Positions 1 through 7,934 of a stretch of DNA of 59,300 nucleotides are shown here, piece by piece. Numbering within the stretch: the first letter of the stretch is position 1; every line of letters begins with the position of its first letter. Origin of the DNA: an uncultured Oscillospiraceae bacterium (GTDB lineage Bacteria; Bacillota; Clostridia; Oscillospirales; Oscillospiraceae); the NCBI GenBank assembly GCA_944386955.1, contig CALXDB010000001.1:1-59300 (forward strand). The letters are read 5' to 3'. Below the pieces are notes generated by a model. It saw nothing but the letters and a program-made list of their open reading frames with translations. It was not told the DNA's origin and searched no databases. A program made the position numbers and the translations under genes.

Positions 1-569
1 CCCACCGTGACGGTGGCCGCCTCCCCGGCGGGGCCCTGGGGACCTTCCGGACCTTGAGGCCCTTCGGGACCCTGGGGACCGGTTGCCCCGGTTGCTCCGG
101 TGGCGCCGGTTGCTCCGGTGGCTCCGGTAGCCCCGGTAGCCCCGGTGGGACCGGCAGGACCTTGGGGACCCTCCGGTCCCTGAGGCCCCTCGGGGCCCTG
201 GGGGCCGGTCGCCCCGGTGGCGCCCCGTGGAATGACGAAGTCCAGCACCGCGTTGGTATCGGTGCCGGAGTTGGTAACGGAGGCCTGGCTTCCCGGCGCG
301 CCCGTGGTGACGGTGCCTATCGTAACGGTGGCCGCTTCCCCGGCGGGGCCCTGAGCCCCGGTGGCCCCGGTGGGTCCCTGAGGTCCCCGAGGACCCTGGG
401 GCCCCTGGGATCCCTGAGGCCCTTGGGGTCCCATGGGACCCCGGGGACCAACGGGCCCGGGCAGGCCCCGGGGCCCTCTGGGGCCGGGACAGCAGACCAC
501 CTTTTCACCGCAGCGGCAGGGATCGCATCCCTCGCAGCAGTCGCAGGGGTTACAATGATGATGCATCAT
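1..569 (-). CDS. collagen-like (Gly-X-Y) repeat protein with a Cys-rich N-terminus; the 3' end runs off the window
   Basis: This ORF is not in the track because it has no stop inside the window. The reverse complement from ATG at 569 (GGGAGGA RBS about 9 nt upstream) reads [27 protein letters not shown]. That is followed by 17 perfect GXY triplets, a roughly 36-aa non-collagen module ([36 protein letters not shown]), 23 more GXY triplets, and then AATVTV again at the window edge. Confidence 0.75.
   Translation of the reverse strand, partial: MMHHHCNPCDCCEGCDPCRCGEKVVCCPGPRGPRGLPGPVGPRGPMGPQGPQGSQGPQGPRGPQGPTGATGAQGPAGEAATVTIGTVTTGAPGSQASVTNSGTDTNAVLDFVIPRGATGATGPQGPEGPQGPEGPQGPAGPTGATGATGATGATGATGATGATGPQGPEGPQGPEGPQGPAGEAATVTV
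21..488 (-). repeat. two in-frame GXY-coding tracts (about 336-488 and 21-227) separated by a non-collagen module; the module start ([10 protein letters not shown]) recurs at about 6-40 and 315-345
   Basis: Direct reading: repeated ggNccN triplets, and near-identical DNA at about 1-40 and 305-345. Confidence 0.7.
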
Positions 570-729
570 AGGGAAATCCTCCCGAAGTAAAATCATGGTG
601 AGGGACCGCTTGGTCCCTCACATCCTATGTGCCCGGCAGCCGGAGGGTTCCCGCCGGCTTTTGGGTGTTGCTTCAAGACTCCTTCCATGCTACAATAACG
701 TGTTAGAAATACAACAAGGGAGATTTTCT

Positions 730-2481
730 ATGACCACCCGGGATTTTCAGAACAAGGGCACCCTTGCCATCTTTTTCAGCTACTTCAAGCCCCATAAAAA
801 ACTCTTCCTCATGGACATCACCTGCGCCTTCCTCATGTCTATGATCGACCTTGCCTTCCCCTATGTGTCCCGCAAGTGCATGTACGACCTGCTGCCAAAC
901 AGTCTCTACAGCGCCTTTTTCGCCGTGATGGCCATTTTTCTGGTGGCTTATGTACTGCGGGCAGGGCTTCAGTATATTGTCTGCTACTGGGGCCACACCT
1001 TCGGCATTCGGGTGGAGGCAGACATACGCCGGGACCTCTTTAACCATATCCAAACCCTGTCCTTCGGCTTCTATGACAAAAACCGCACCGGCCATCTCAT
1101 GAGCCGCATGACCGCCGAGCTCTTCGACATCACGGAGCTGGCCCACCACGGCCCCGAGGATCTCTTCACCTCCCTGATCACCGTGCTGGGGGCCATCGCC
1201 ATCATGTTCACCATTCGCTGGCAGCTGGCCCTGGTGGTGCTGATCCTGGTGCCCATCTTCGTGGTAGTCACCATGGTCAACCGCCGCAGCATGATGGACG
1301 CCTCCCGGGCGGTGAAGCAGACCATGGCCGGCATCAACGCCGACATCGAGTCCAGCCTCTCCGGCATGCGCACCGCCAAGGCCTTCTCCAACGAGGGGAC
1401 CGAAGCCACCAAGTTCAATGCCGCCAATGAGCAGTTCAAAACCTCCAAGCGGAACTTCCACAAGGCCATGGGCCGCTTCAACGCCACCCTGGACTTCTTC
1501 ATGTGCCTCCTCCCCCTGGTAGTCATCGCCGTGGGCGGCAAGATGATCATGGACGGGGACATGAACTACATGGACCTCATCACCTTCAACCTCTATATCA
1601 GCACCTTCATCACCCCCATGCGGAAGATGGCCAACTTCAACGAGCTCTTCGCCAACGGCTTCGCCGGGCTCCACCGCTTCATTGAGCTCATGTCCATCGA
1701 GCCGGAGCTGAAGGATAAGGAGGATGCGGTGGAGCTCCAAAACGTCCGGGGCGAGATTGAAATGAAGGATGTGAGCTTCTCCTACGAGCGGGACGACACG
1801 GAGGTCCTCCACCATATCAATCTCCATGTGGCTCCCGGGGAGACCATCGCCGTGGTGGGCCCCTCCGGCGGCGGCAAGAGCACCCTGTGCAACCTGATCC
1901 CCCGGTTCTACGACGTTACCGAGGGCAGCGTCACCATCGACGGCCTGGACGTGCGGGACGTGCAGCAGCGGAGCCTTCGCCGGAATATCGGCGTGGTGCA
2001 GCAGGATGTGTTCCTCTTTGCTGCCAGCATCATGGAAAATATCCGCTACGGACGGCCGGACGCCTCGGTGGACGAAGTGATGGAAGCTGCCCGCCGGGCG
2101 GAGATCTACGACGACATCATGGCCATGCCCCAGGGCTTCGAGACCTATGTGGGCGAGCGGGGCGCCCTCCTCTCCGGCGGTCAGAAGCAGCGCATCGCCA
2201 TCGCCCGGATCTTTTTGAAAAATCCCCCGGTCCTCATTCTGGACGAGGCCACCTCCGCCCTGGACAGCGTCACCGAGTCCAAGATCCAGCACGCCTTTGA
2301 CGAGCTGGCCCGGGGCCGCACCACCCTCATCATCGCCCACCGCCTCTCCACCGTCCGTGCCGCCCACCGCATTCTGGTGGTCCGTGACGGCGTAATCGTG
2401 GAAGAGGGCAGCCACGAGGCCCTGATGGCCCGGAACGGGGACTACGCCCAGCTCTACAACACCCAGAATCTCAACGGATAA
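730..2481 (+). CDS. ABC transporter, fused permease/ATP-binding half-transporter (type I exporter, MsbA/LmrA-like)
   Basis: Six-TM N-terminal domain. Walker A is GPSGGGKST, the ABC signature is LSGGQKQRIAIAR, and Walker B is ILILDEATSALD. Start moved to ATG 730 (MTTRDF), which is preceded by AAGGGAG. Confidence 0.9.
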   Translation: MTTRDFQNKGTLAIFFSYFKPHKKLFLMDITCAFLMSMIDLAFPYVSRKCMYDLLPNSLYSAFFAVMAIFLVAYVLRAGLQYIVCYWGHTFGIRVEADIRRDLFNHIQTLSFGFYDKNRTGHLMSRMTAELFDITELAHHGPEDLFTSLITVLGAIAIMFTIRWQLALVVLILVPIFVVVTMVNRRSMMDASRAVKQTMAGINADIESSLSGMRTAKAFSNEGTEATKFNAANEQFKTSKRNFHKAMGRFNATLDFFMCLLPLVVIAVGGKMIMDGDMNYMDLITFNLYISTFITPMRKMANFNELFANGFAGLHRFIELMSIEPELKDKEDAVELQNVRGEIEMKDVSFSYERDDTEVLHHINLHVAPGETIAVVGPSGGGKSTLCNLIPRFYDVTEGSVTIDGLDVRDVQQRSLRRNIGVVQQDVFLFAASIMENIRYGRPDASVDEVMEAARRAEIYDDIMAMPQGFETYVGERGALLSGGQKQRIAIARIFLKNPPVLILDEATSALDSVTESKIQHAFDELARGRTTLIIAHRLSTVRAAHRILVVRDGVIVEEGSHEALMARNGDYAQLYNTQNLNG

Positions 2482-2487
2482 GGCGCT

Positions 2488-3267
2488 ATGGACAAGACAC
2501 AACTTCTCAGCCGGGCCGCCTCCCCCGAGGAGCGGATGCTGCTGGCCCGGGTATTGGACAAGTATGAACAGATGGACCGGCGGAACATCCCCACCGCCAC
2601 CCCCTTCCTCACCCAGGCAGAGCAGACCGCCGTCCAGGCCCTGCTGAACGCCGCGGGCATCCGGTCGGGATATATCTGGAACGGGGGATACCCCCAGGCG
2701 GAACGGAAGCTCCTTCAGTTCCTTCCCGACTGGTGCGAGACGGAGGACGGCGTCCTCACCGCCCTCCGGGCCAGGTGCCGGGGGGACGAGGCGCCCACCC
2801 ACCGGGACTTTCTCGGCAGCCTCATGGCCCTGGGCCTCACCCGTGAGAAATTCGGAGACCTCCTGGTAACGCCGGGGCAGTGCGACCTCATCACCGCGGC
2901 GGACGCCGCCCCCTTTCTCCTCCAAAATTGGGACAGCGCCGGACGGGCCCGGCTCCAGGTGGAGGAGATCCCCCTTGACGCCCTGAAGATCCCCGTTCAG
3001 CAGGTAAAGGAGATCCGGGATACGGTGGCCAGCCTTCGGCTGGATGCGGTGGCCGCCGGCGGCTTCTCTATGAGCCGCACCAGGGCCGCGGAGCTCATTG
3101 CCGCCGGACGGGTCCAGGTGAACCACCTGGACTGCGGCAAGGGGGACAGACTGGTAGGGGAGGGGGACGTGATCACCATCCGCGGCCTCGGCAAATGCGT
3201 AGTAGCTCAGGTGGGCGGCCAGAGCAAAAAGGGACGGACCATAATTGTACTTCACCGCTTTCTTTAA
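2488..3267 (+). CDS. YlmH-like RNA-binding S4-domain protein
   Basis: 259 aa. The N-terminus (EERMLLARVLDKYEQ) and the C-terminal S4-like segment (LRLDAVAAGGFSMSRTRAAELIAAGRVQVNH) match the YlmH family pattern. Confidence 0.7.
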   Translation: MDKTQLLSRAASPEERMLLARVLDKYEQMDRRNIPTATPFLTQAEQTAVQALLNAAGIRSGYIWNGGYPQAERKLLQFLPDWCETEDGVLTALRARCRGDEAPTHRDFLGSLMALGLTREKFGDLLVTPGQCDLITAADAAPFLLQNWDSAGRARLQVEEIPLDALKIPVQQVKEIRDTVASLRLDAVAAGGFSMSRTRAAELIAAGRVQVNHLDCGKGDRLVGEGDVITIRGLGKCVVAQVGGQSKKGRTIIVLHRFL

Positions 3268-3348
3268 ATTTTGACAACTATTTGTAATATTTTTATGAAA
3301 TATGCCGGAACGGACCGGATTTTTCCCTTGGAAGGAAGGAGACACCCC

Positions 3349-3567
3349 ATGGAACAGGCGAAAATCGACCGCATCAACCACCTGGCCCATAAGGCCAAGA
3401 CCATTGGCTTGACGGCGGAGGAGGAGCGGGAACGGACGGCGCTGCGGCGGGAATATATCGACGCGGTGCTGGGCAATCTGCAAAGCCAACTGGACCACAC
3501 CTACATCGTGGACGAGAAGGGCAACAAAAAGAAGCTACAGAAAAAAGGGGAGAATCGCCATGGCTGA
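3349..3567 (+). CDS. DUF896 / UPF0291 family small protein (YnzC-like)
   Basis: MEQAKIDRINHLAHKAKTIGLTAEEERERTALRREYI is the typical DUF896 helical repeat. GGAAGGAAGGAG RBS lies before ATG 3349. Confidence 0.7.
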   Translation: MEQAKIDRINHLAHKAKTIGLTAEEERERTALRREYIDAVLGNLQSQLDHTYIVDEKGNKKKLQKKGENRHG

Positions 3568-4861
3568 CCAACGTCAAGGGGGGCGGCGGCCCTCCGGCAG
3601 CGGGGAGATCTGTGTGCTGCTGCTGATCCTTTTGCTGATTTTTTTCTGGCCGGTGGGAGTACTCTACGCCATCTACAAGGCCGCCTTCGACAAGGGGGAG
3701 GACAACGCCCTCAATGAGTTTATCTGGTGGGTAGAGGATCTCTTCGGCGGCAGCAGGTCCCGCAAGCGCCGCAAACAGCAGTGGGACCGCTCCCGACGGC
3801 AGCAGCCCCGGCAATCCCAGCAGCCCCAGCAGGATTGGCAGCCTCAGCAGCCCCGGCAGGATTGGCAGCCTCAGCAAGTCCCGCCGCCCCAGGCGGCAGC
3901 GTCCCCCCGGCCAACGGCGGCCTCCAAGTTTCAAGCCCAGACACCGCCCCAGGCCCCCGAAACCAACGGGAGCTCCTCCAGAGGCCCCTCTGCCGGCGGC
4001 ACGGCGGCGCTGTGGATCATCGGCGCCTGCCTCCTCTTCGGCGGCGCCGTGGCCCTGGCCAGTGAGATTGAATCCCTGCTCTACGGCTACCTCTTTCTGG
4101 AGGATCTGGTAGCCGCTGCTCTGCTGACTCTCGCGGGCGGCGGGATGATTCTCTTCGGCCTGCGGAGATCCCGCGGCGCCCGACGGGCGAAAAAATATCT
4201 TCTGGCCATCGGCACATCGCAGTCCATGGCGCTGGACGAGATCTCCAAGCGGGTGGGCCGCAGTCGGAAGCAAGTAGTTCGGGAACTGCAAAAGCTGATC
4301 GACCGGGGCCTTTTGGGAGACGACGCTTATCTGGATCTGGAGCTGGGGTACTTCCTCCGCTACGGGGCCAAAGTGACGCCGCCCCCGCCGAAGGCGGACC
4401 AGGCGACTCCGGACCGGACCGGCGGACGCTACGGGAAGATCCTTCAGGACATCCGCACTGCCAACGACCGTATCGACGACGAGGCTCTTTCAGCCAAGAT
4501 CGACCGGCTGGAACAGATCACTGCCCAGATTCTCCGGGAGATCAGCGACCATCCGGAGAAGGAGGAGAAGATGCACACCTTCTTCGACTATTACCTGCCT
4601 ACCACCCAGAAGCTGCTGGATACCTACGCCGACTTTGAGGAGACCGGCGTAGAGGGAGAGAACCTGCGGGAGGCCAAGCAGCGCATCGAAAACACCATGG
4701 ACGGTATCGTGGAAGGCTTTGTCCGCCAGCTGGACAGCCTGTACAAAACCGATGTGATGGACGTGGAAAGCGACATCCGGGTCATGGAGAGTATGCTCCG
4801 CCGGGACAGCGCCAGCGCCGCCAAGGATTTCGGCAGCGGCCGGCAGGCCCGGGAAGAATGA
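3560..4861 (+). CDS. membrane protein with a P/Q-rich linker, a wHTH-like segment and a C-terminal XpaC-like (5-bromo-4-chloroindolyl phosphate hydrolysis protein family) domain
   Basis: N-terminal TM helix (ICVLLLILLLIFFWPVGVLYAIY). P/Q-rich repeat QQPRQSQQPQQDWQPQQPRQDWQPQQ. Two further TM helices. C-terminal helical region with the HTFFDYYLPTTQKLLDTYADFEE motif. Confidence 0.6.
   Translation: MADQRQGGRRPSGSGEICVLLLILLLIFFWPVGVLYAIYKAAFDKGEDNALNEFIWWVEDLFGGSRSRKRRKQQWDRSRRQQPRQSQQPQQDWQPQQPRQDWQPQQVPPPQAAASPRPTAASKFQAQTPPQAPETNGSSSRGPSAGGTAALWIIGACLLFGGAVALASEIESLLYGYLFLEDLVAAALLTLAGGGMILFGLRRSRGARRAKKYLLAIGTSQSMALDEISKRVGRSRKQVVRELQKLIDRGLLGDDAYLDLELGYFLRYGAKVTPPPPKADQATPDRTGGRYGKILQDIRTANDRIDDEALSAKIDRLEQITAQILREISDHPEKEEKMHTFFDYYLPTTQKLLDTYADFEETGVEGENLREAKQRIENTMDGIVEGFVRQLDSLYKTDVMDVESDIRVMESMLRRDSASAAKDFGSGRQAREE
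3801..3877 (+). repeat. imperfect 27-nt in-frame tandem repeat encoding QQP(R/Q)QDWQP
   Basis: gcaggattggcagcctcagca occurs at 3829 and again at 3856. The preceding cagcagccccggcaatcccagcagcccc is related. Confidence 0.6.
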
Positions 4862-4866
4862 CGCAG

Positions 4867-4913
4867 AAGACCGCCTTTGAGGAGGAGATTCCTTCCCAAA
4901 GGCGGTCTTTTTG
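4867..4913. terminator. bidirectional stem-loop between convergent genes
   Basis: AAGACCGCCTTTG ... CAAAGGCGGTCTT followed by TTTT, located between the stops at 4861 (+) and 4932 (-). Confidence 0.6.
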
Positions 4914-4931
4914 CTACTGAGAGAACAGCGC

Positions 4932-6350
4932 TCAGGTGTTGTCCCGGTTAATGGGGCGGCGGACTAGCAGGCGGCCCAGGGCCTTTTTGTCAAACGGACA
5001 GACCGGGTAGAGATAGCCCCGCCCGGCAATGGGCTTGGTGGTAAACAGCAGCACCAGCCACAGCACCATGCCAATGGCAAATCCCCACCAGTCCAGCAGG
5101 GCGATGAGCAGCAGCAAAATCACCCGCATGATCTTAAAGGCGTAGCCCATCTCAAAGCTGGGCTGGGCGAAGGAGGCAATGGATACATAGGCCATATACA
5201 CCAGCACCTCCGGTACCAGCCACCGGGCCTGAACAGCAAAATCTCCCAGGATCAGAGCTCCGATCATGGAGAAGGAGTTGCTCAGCACATCCGGGGTGTT
5301 GAGAGACGCCAGCTTCAAAAGGTCGATGATAAACTCCACCAGGAGGAGCTGCACCAGCAGGGGCACCTGCCCCATCTCCTCCACGGTGATGAACTGGAGC
5401 CAGTCGGGCACGTTATGGGGGCTCTTGGCCAAAAGATACCACACCGGGGTGATAATGAGCGACATGAGAAACACCACCATGCGGATATAACGGAAATAGG
5501 TGCCCACCAGAGGAGGGAAATAGTAGTCGTTTGCCTCCTCCATGAAAGCGAAAAAGTTGGTAGGCAGCAGCATCACTGAGGAGGAGTTGTCCACCAGCAT
5601 TACCACATTTCCCTCCATGATACAGGCGGTAGCCACATCGGGCCGCTCGGTGTAACGCACCTTGGGGAAGGGGTTGTACCACTGCCTGGGCATCATAGCC
5701 TCGGCAATGCTCTCCTGACTCATGGCCACAGAACCCACGTCGATGGCCAAGAGCTTTTCCCGCACCTCCTCCAGCAGGGCCCGATCTACCCGGTCCTCCA
5801 TGTAGGCCAGCACCACATCGGTGCGGCTGCTGCCCCCCACCTGGTGGTTCTCCAGGGTCAGATGCTCGTCCCGGACCCTGCGGCGAATGAGGGATGTGTT
5901 TTTCAAAAGGATCTCCACAAAACCGTCGTGGGAACCCCGGAGGACCCGGCCGTTGGTGGGTTCCTGGACCTCCCGGCCCGGAAACATCTTGGCGTCAATA
6001 AGGGCGCAGCGGCCAAAGCCCTCCAGCAGAAAGCAGGTCTTTCCCAGAAATACTCCGGTGAGAATGGACTCCAGACGGTCCTCCGAGGACACCTCCCCGA
6101 AGGTAACAAAGCGGTCGATGAACCGGTCCATATCGGAGACCGTCCCCATCTGCTCCGCCGTTACCTGCAGGAGGAAGGACAAGATCCGCTCGATGACCCC
6201 GTCATCTCCGTAGCCGTCCAGTACATAGAGCCGGGCCGCCCGGCCCCCCACCGTCAGGTCCCGGGCGATCACATCGAAATTCCGCCCCACGCCGATCCGC
6301 CGGTCCAGCTCCCGCCGGTTCTCCGCCAATACATTGCTCAGCCTCTCCAT
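4932..6350 (-). CDS. spore germination protein, GerA family A-subunit type (SpoVAF/GerKA-like)
   Basis: Soluble N-terminal domain (RNFDVIARDLTVGGRAARLYVLDGY...) followed by a multi-TM C-terminus, which is typical of the GerA family. Start moved to ATG 6350 (MERLSN) with a GGAGG RBS. Confidence 0.8.
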   Translation of the reverse strand: MERLSNVLAENRRELDRRIGVGRNFDVIARDLTVGGRAARLYVLDGYGDDGVIERILSFLLQVTAEQMGTVSDMDRFIDRFVTFGEVSSEDRLESILTGVFLGKTCFLLEGFGRCALIDAKMFPGREVQEPTNGRVLRGSHDGFVEILLKNTSLIRRRVRDEHLTLENHQVGGSSRTDVVLAYMEDRVDRALLEEVREKLLAIDVGSVAMSQESIAEAMMPRQWYNPFPKVRYTERPDVATACIMEGNVVMLVDNSSSVMLLPTNFFAFMEEANDYYFPPLVGTYFRYIRMVVFLMSLIITPVWYLLAKSPHNVPDWLQFITVEEMGQVPLLVQLLLVEFIIDLLKLASLNTPDVLSNSFSMIGALILGDFAVQARWLVPEVLVYMAYVSIASFAQPSFEMGYAFKIMRVILLLLIALLDWWGFAIGMVLWLVLLFTTKPIAGRGYLYPVCPFDKKALGRLLVRRPINRDNT

Positions 6351-6401
6351 AGCGCCTCCGCTTTCCTCTGTCGTTTCTCCTAGTATGCCCCCAAGCGGCA
6401 C

Positions 6402-6437
6402 AAAAAAATGCGGCGGGAGAAAAATCTCCCGCCGCAT
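6402..6437 (-). terminator. rho-independent terminator downstream of the SLH/transglutaminase gene
   Basis: The minus strand reads ATGCGGCGGGAGA tttt TCTCCCGCCGCAT followed by TTTTTTT. Confidence 0.65.
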
Positions 6438-6450
6438 TGCGTTCCCAGCC

Positions 6451-7902
6451 TTAGGAAAAACGTCCCGCAGCCTGAGCCTCGGTCATACCAAAATATTGGT
6501 ACTCCACCGTACCGCTCTGGGCCCCCCATGTAGGGTCGATATGATAGCTCCTGCCGTCCAGCTCCGCCACAGTCCAGATGTGGTCCGCTGTGGACACCGT
6601 ACCGCAGGAGATGCCCTCCAGCTTCAAAAGAAGGTTATAGGCCGCCACATAGCCGTCGCACACGGCGCTGCCCATGAAGAAGGCGCTGTAAGCCGTGTGA
6701 GACACGGAGGCGTCGTCGGCCCGGTAGTCGTAGGCACAGTTTTCGCACAGCCAAGTGAAGTAGGCCCTGGCCTTCTCATACTCCGACATACCGCTGCGGA
6801 GAAGACCGTCCTGATAGAGCCGGCTGCGGATCTCCACCGCCCGCTGCAGGGTCTCACGCCGGGCGGAGGAAAAAAGCTGATCGGAAAAGATGCTGCTGTA
6901 AAACCGCAGCGTCACCTCCCCGGTATCGGCGCTGTAGGTGCAGGAAACTGCGTTATAGCCCTGCTCGATGTACTGACGAATCTGGTTGAGATACTGCTGC
7001 ATGAGGAGGTTCACATGGTCCGTGGTTACCCAGACCGGCTCCATCTGCAGCGTCAAGGTGCTGCCGCCCCCCGCCAGCATCCAGCGGATGTTGTTGTCAA
7101 TGGCCGCGGTGTCCCCGGTCAGGTGGCTTCTGCGGAGGGTACCCGGCTCCACTAGGCTCTGATAGGAGGCGGACTGGGCCGCCCCGCTCTCCGCCCCGTT
7201 CCAGTCCAGCCGCACCCGGAGGTCCGGGTCTGCCAGCCGGGTCAGCAGGGCGGCGTACTCCGCCCGGGTGATGGAGCTGTCGGGCCGGAAATTCCCCGCA
7301 TCGTCGGAGCCGGAGACAATGCCCCACTTGTACAGCTGGAGGATCTCCTGCTGGTAGGGGGTGTAGTCGTCCACATCCTGAATGTACTGCCGGGTGGCGT
7401 AGCCCACAGCGACAGCATCGGCATTGATCTCCGGCAGCTCGCTCTCCGGAAGGATCCGGGCAGTGATGTGTGCCATCTGGGCCCGGGTGGCGGCGGCGGT
7501 ATACCGCCCTTCAAACTCCTGGGCAATGACCCCACGGTCCTGAAGATAACGAACATAGGGCAGGTACCAGGCCCCGCCGTCGCCGCCGAAGGCCGCCGGA
7601 CCGCTCTCCGCATCCCCCAGCTCATAGAGGCTCAGAAGCCGAGCGGCAAAGGCCGCCGCCTCTCCCACCGTCACGTTGCCCCGGGGGGCGAAGGTGCGGG
7701 CGTCCCTGCCCTGGGCCAGCCCCAGCTCATAGAGGGTCTTCACATTGTCGTAATACCAGTTGGCGGTGCTCACATCGGAAAACCGGTCTCCGTAGGTCCG
7801 GACCGCTGTGAAGTTGGCGGCGCTGCCGGTGACGGCAGCCTCCGCCCAGACGCTCCCCAGCAGCGCAAGGCAGAGCAGCAGGGTCAAAAGCCGTTTGGCC
7901 AT
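6451..7902 (-). CDS. secreted SLH-domain protein with a C-terminal transglutaminase-like cysteine protease core
   Basis: Signal peptide MAKRLLTLLLCLALLGSVWA. Three SLH-like repeats (FSDVSTANWYYDNVKTLYELGLAQG...; WYLPYVRYLQDRGVI...; PYQQEILQLYKWGIVSG...ITRAEYAALLTRL). C-terminal C...H...D core (AVCDGYVAAYNLLL ... ADHIWTVAELDGRSYHIDPTW). Confidence 0.8.
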   Translation of the reverse strand: MAKRLLTLLLCLALLGSVWAEAAVTGSAANFTAVRTYGDRFSDVSTANWYYDNVKTLYELGLAQGRDARTFAPRGNVTVGEAAAFAARLLSLYELGDAESGPAAFGGDGGAWYLPYVRYLQDRGVIAQEFEGRYTAAATRAQMAHITARILPESELPEINADAVAVGYATRQYIQDVDDYTPYQQEILQLYKWGIVSGSDDAGNFRPDSSITRAEYAALLTRLADPDLRVRLDWNGAESGAAQSASYQSLVEPGTLRRSHLTGDTAAIDNNIRWMLAGGGSTLTLQMEPVWVTTDHVNLLMQQYLNQIRQYIEQGYNAVSCTYSADTGEVTLRFYSSIFSDQLFSSARRETLQRAVEIRSRLYQDGLLRSGMSEYEKARAYFTWLCENCAYDYRADDASVSHTAYSAFFMGSAVCDGYVAAYNLLLKLEGISCGTVSTADHIWTVAELDGRSYHIDPTWGAQSGTVEYQYFGMTEAQAAGRFS

Positions 7903-7934
7903 GGCTTGTACCTCCTCCGCCCGTCAAGGGGCGG

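Noticed and set aside
54-590. 178-aa plus-strand ORF rich in G/P/S/R.
   Set aside because: It is the antisense shadow of the collagen-like gene. The minus strand gives perfect GXY periodicity, an ATG and a strong RBS. The plus frame has no start context or recognisable features.
703-3498. 931-aa minus-strand ORF spanning the ABC exporter and ylmH-like genes.
   Set aside because: It is a typical high-GC antisense shadow ORF with G/A/H/P/V/L-rich low-complexity sequence and no motifs. The plus-strand genes carry unmistakable ABC motifs.
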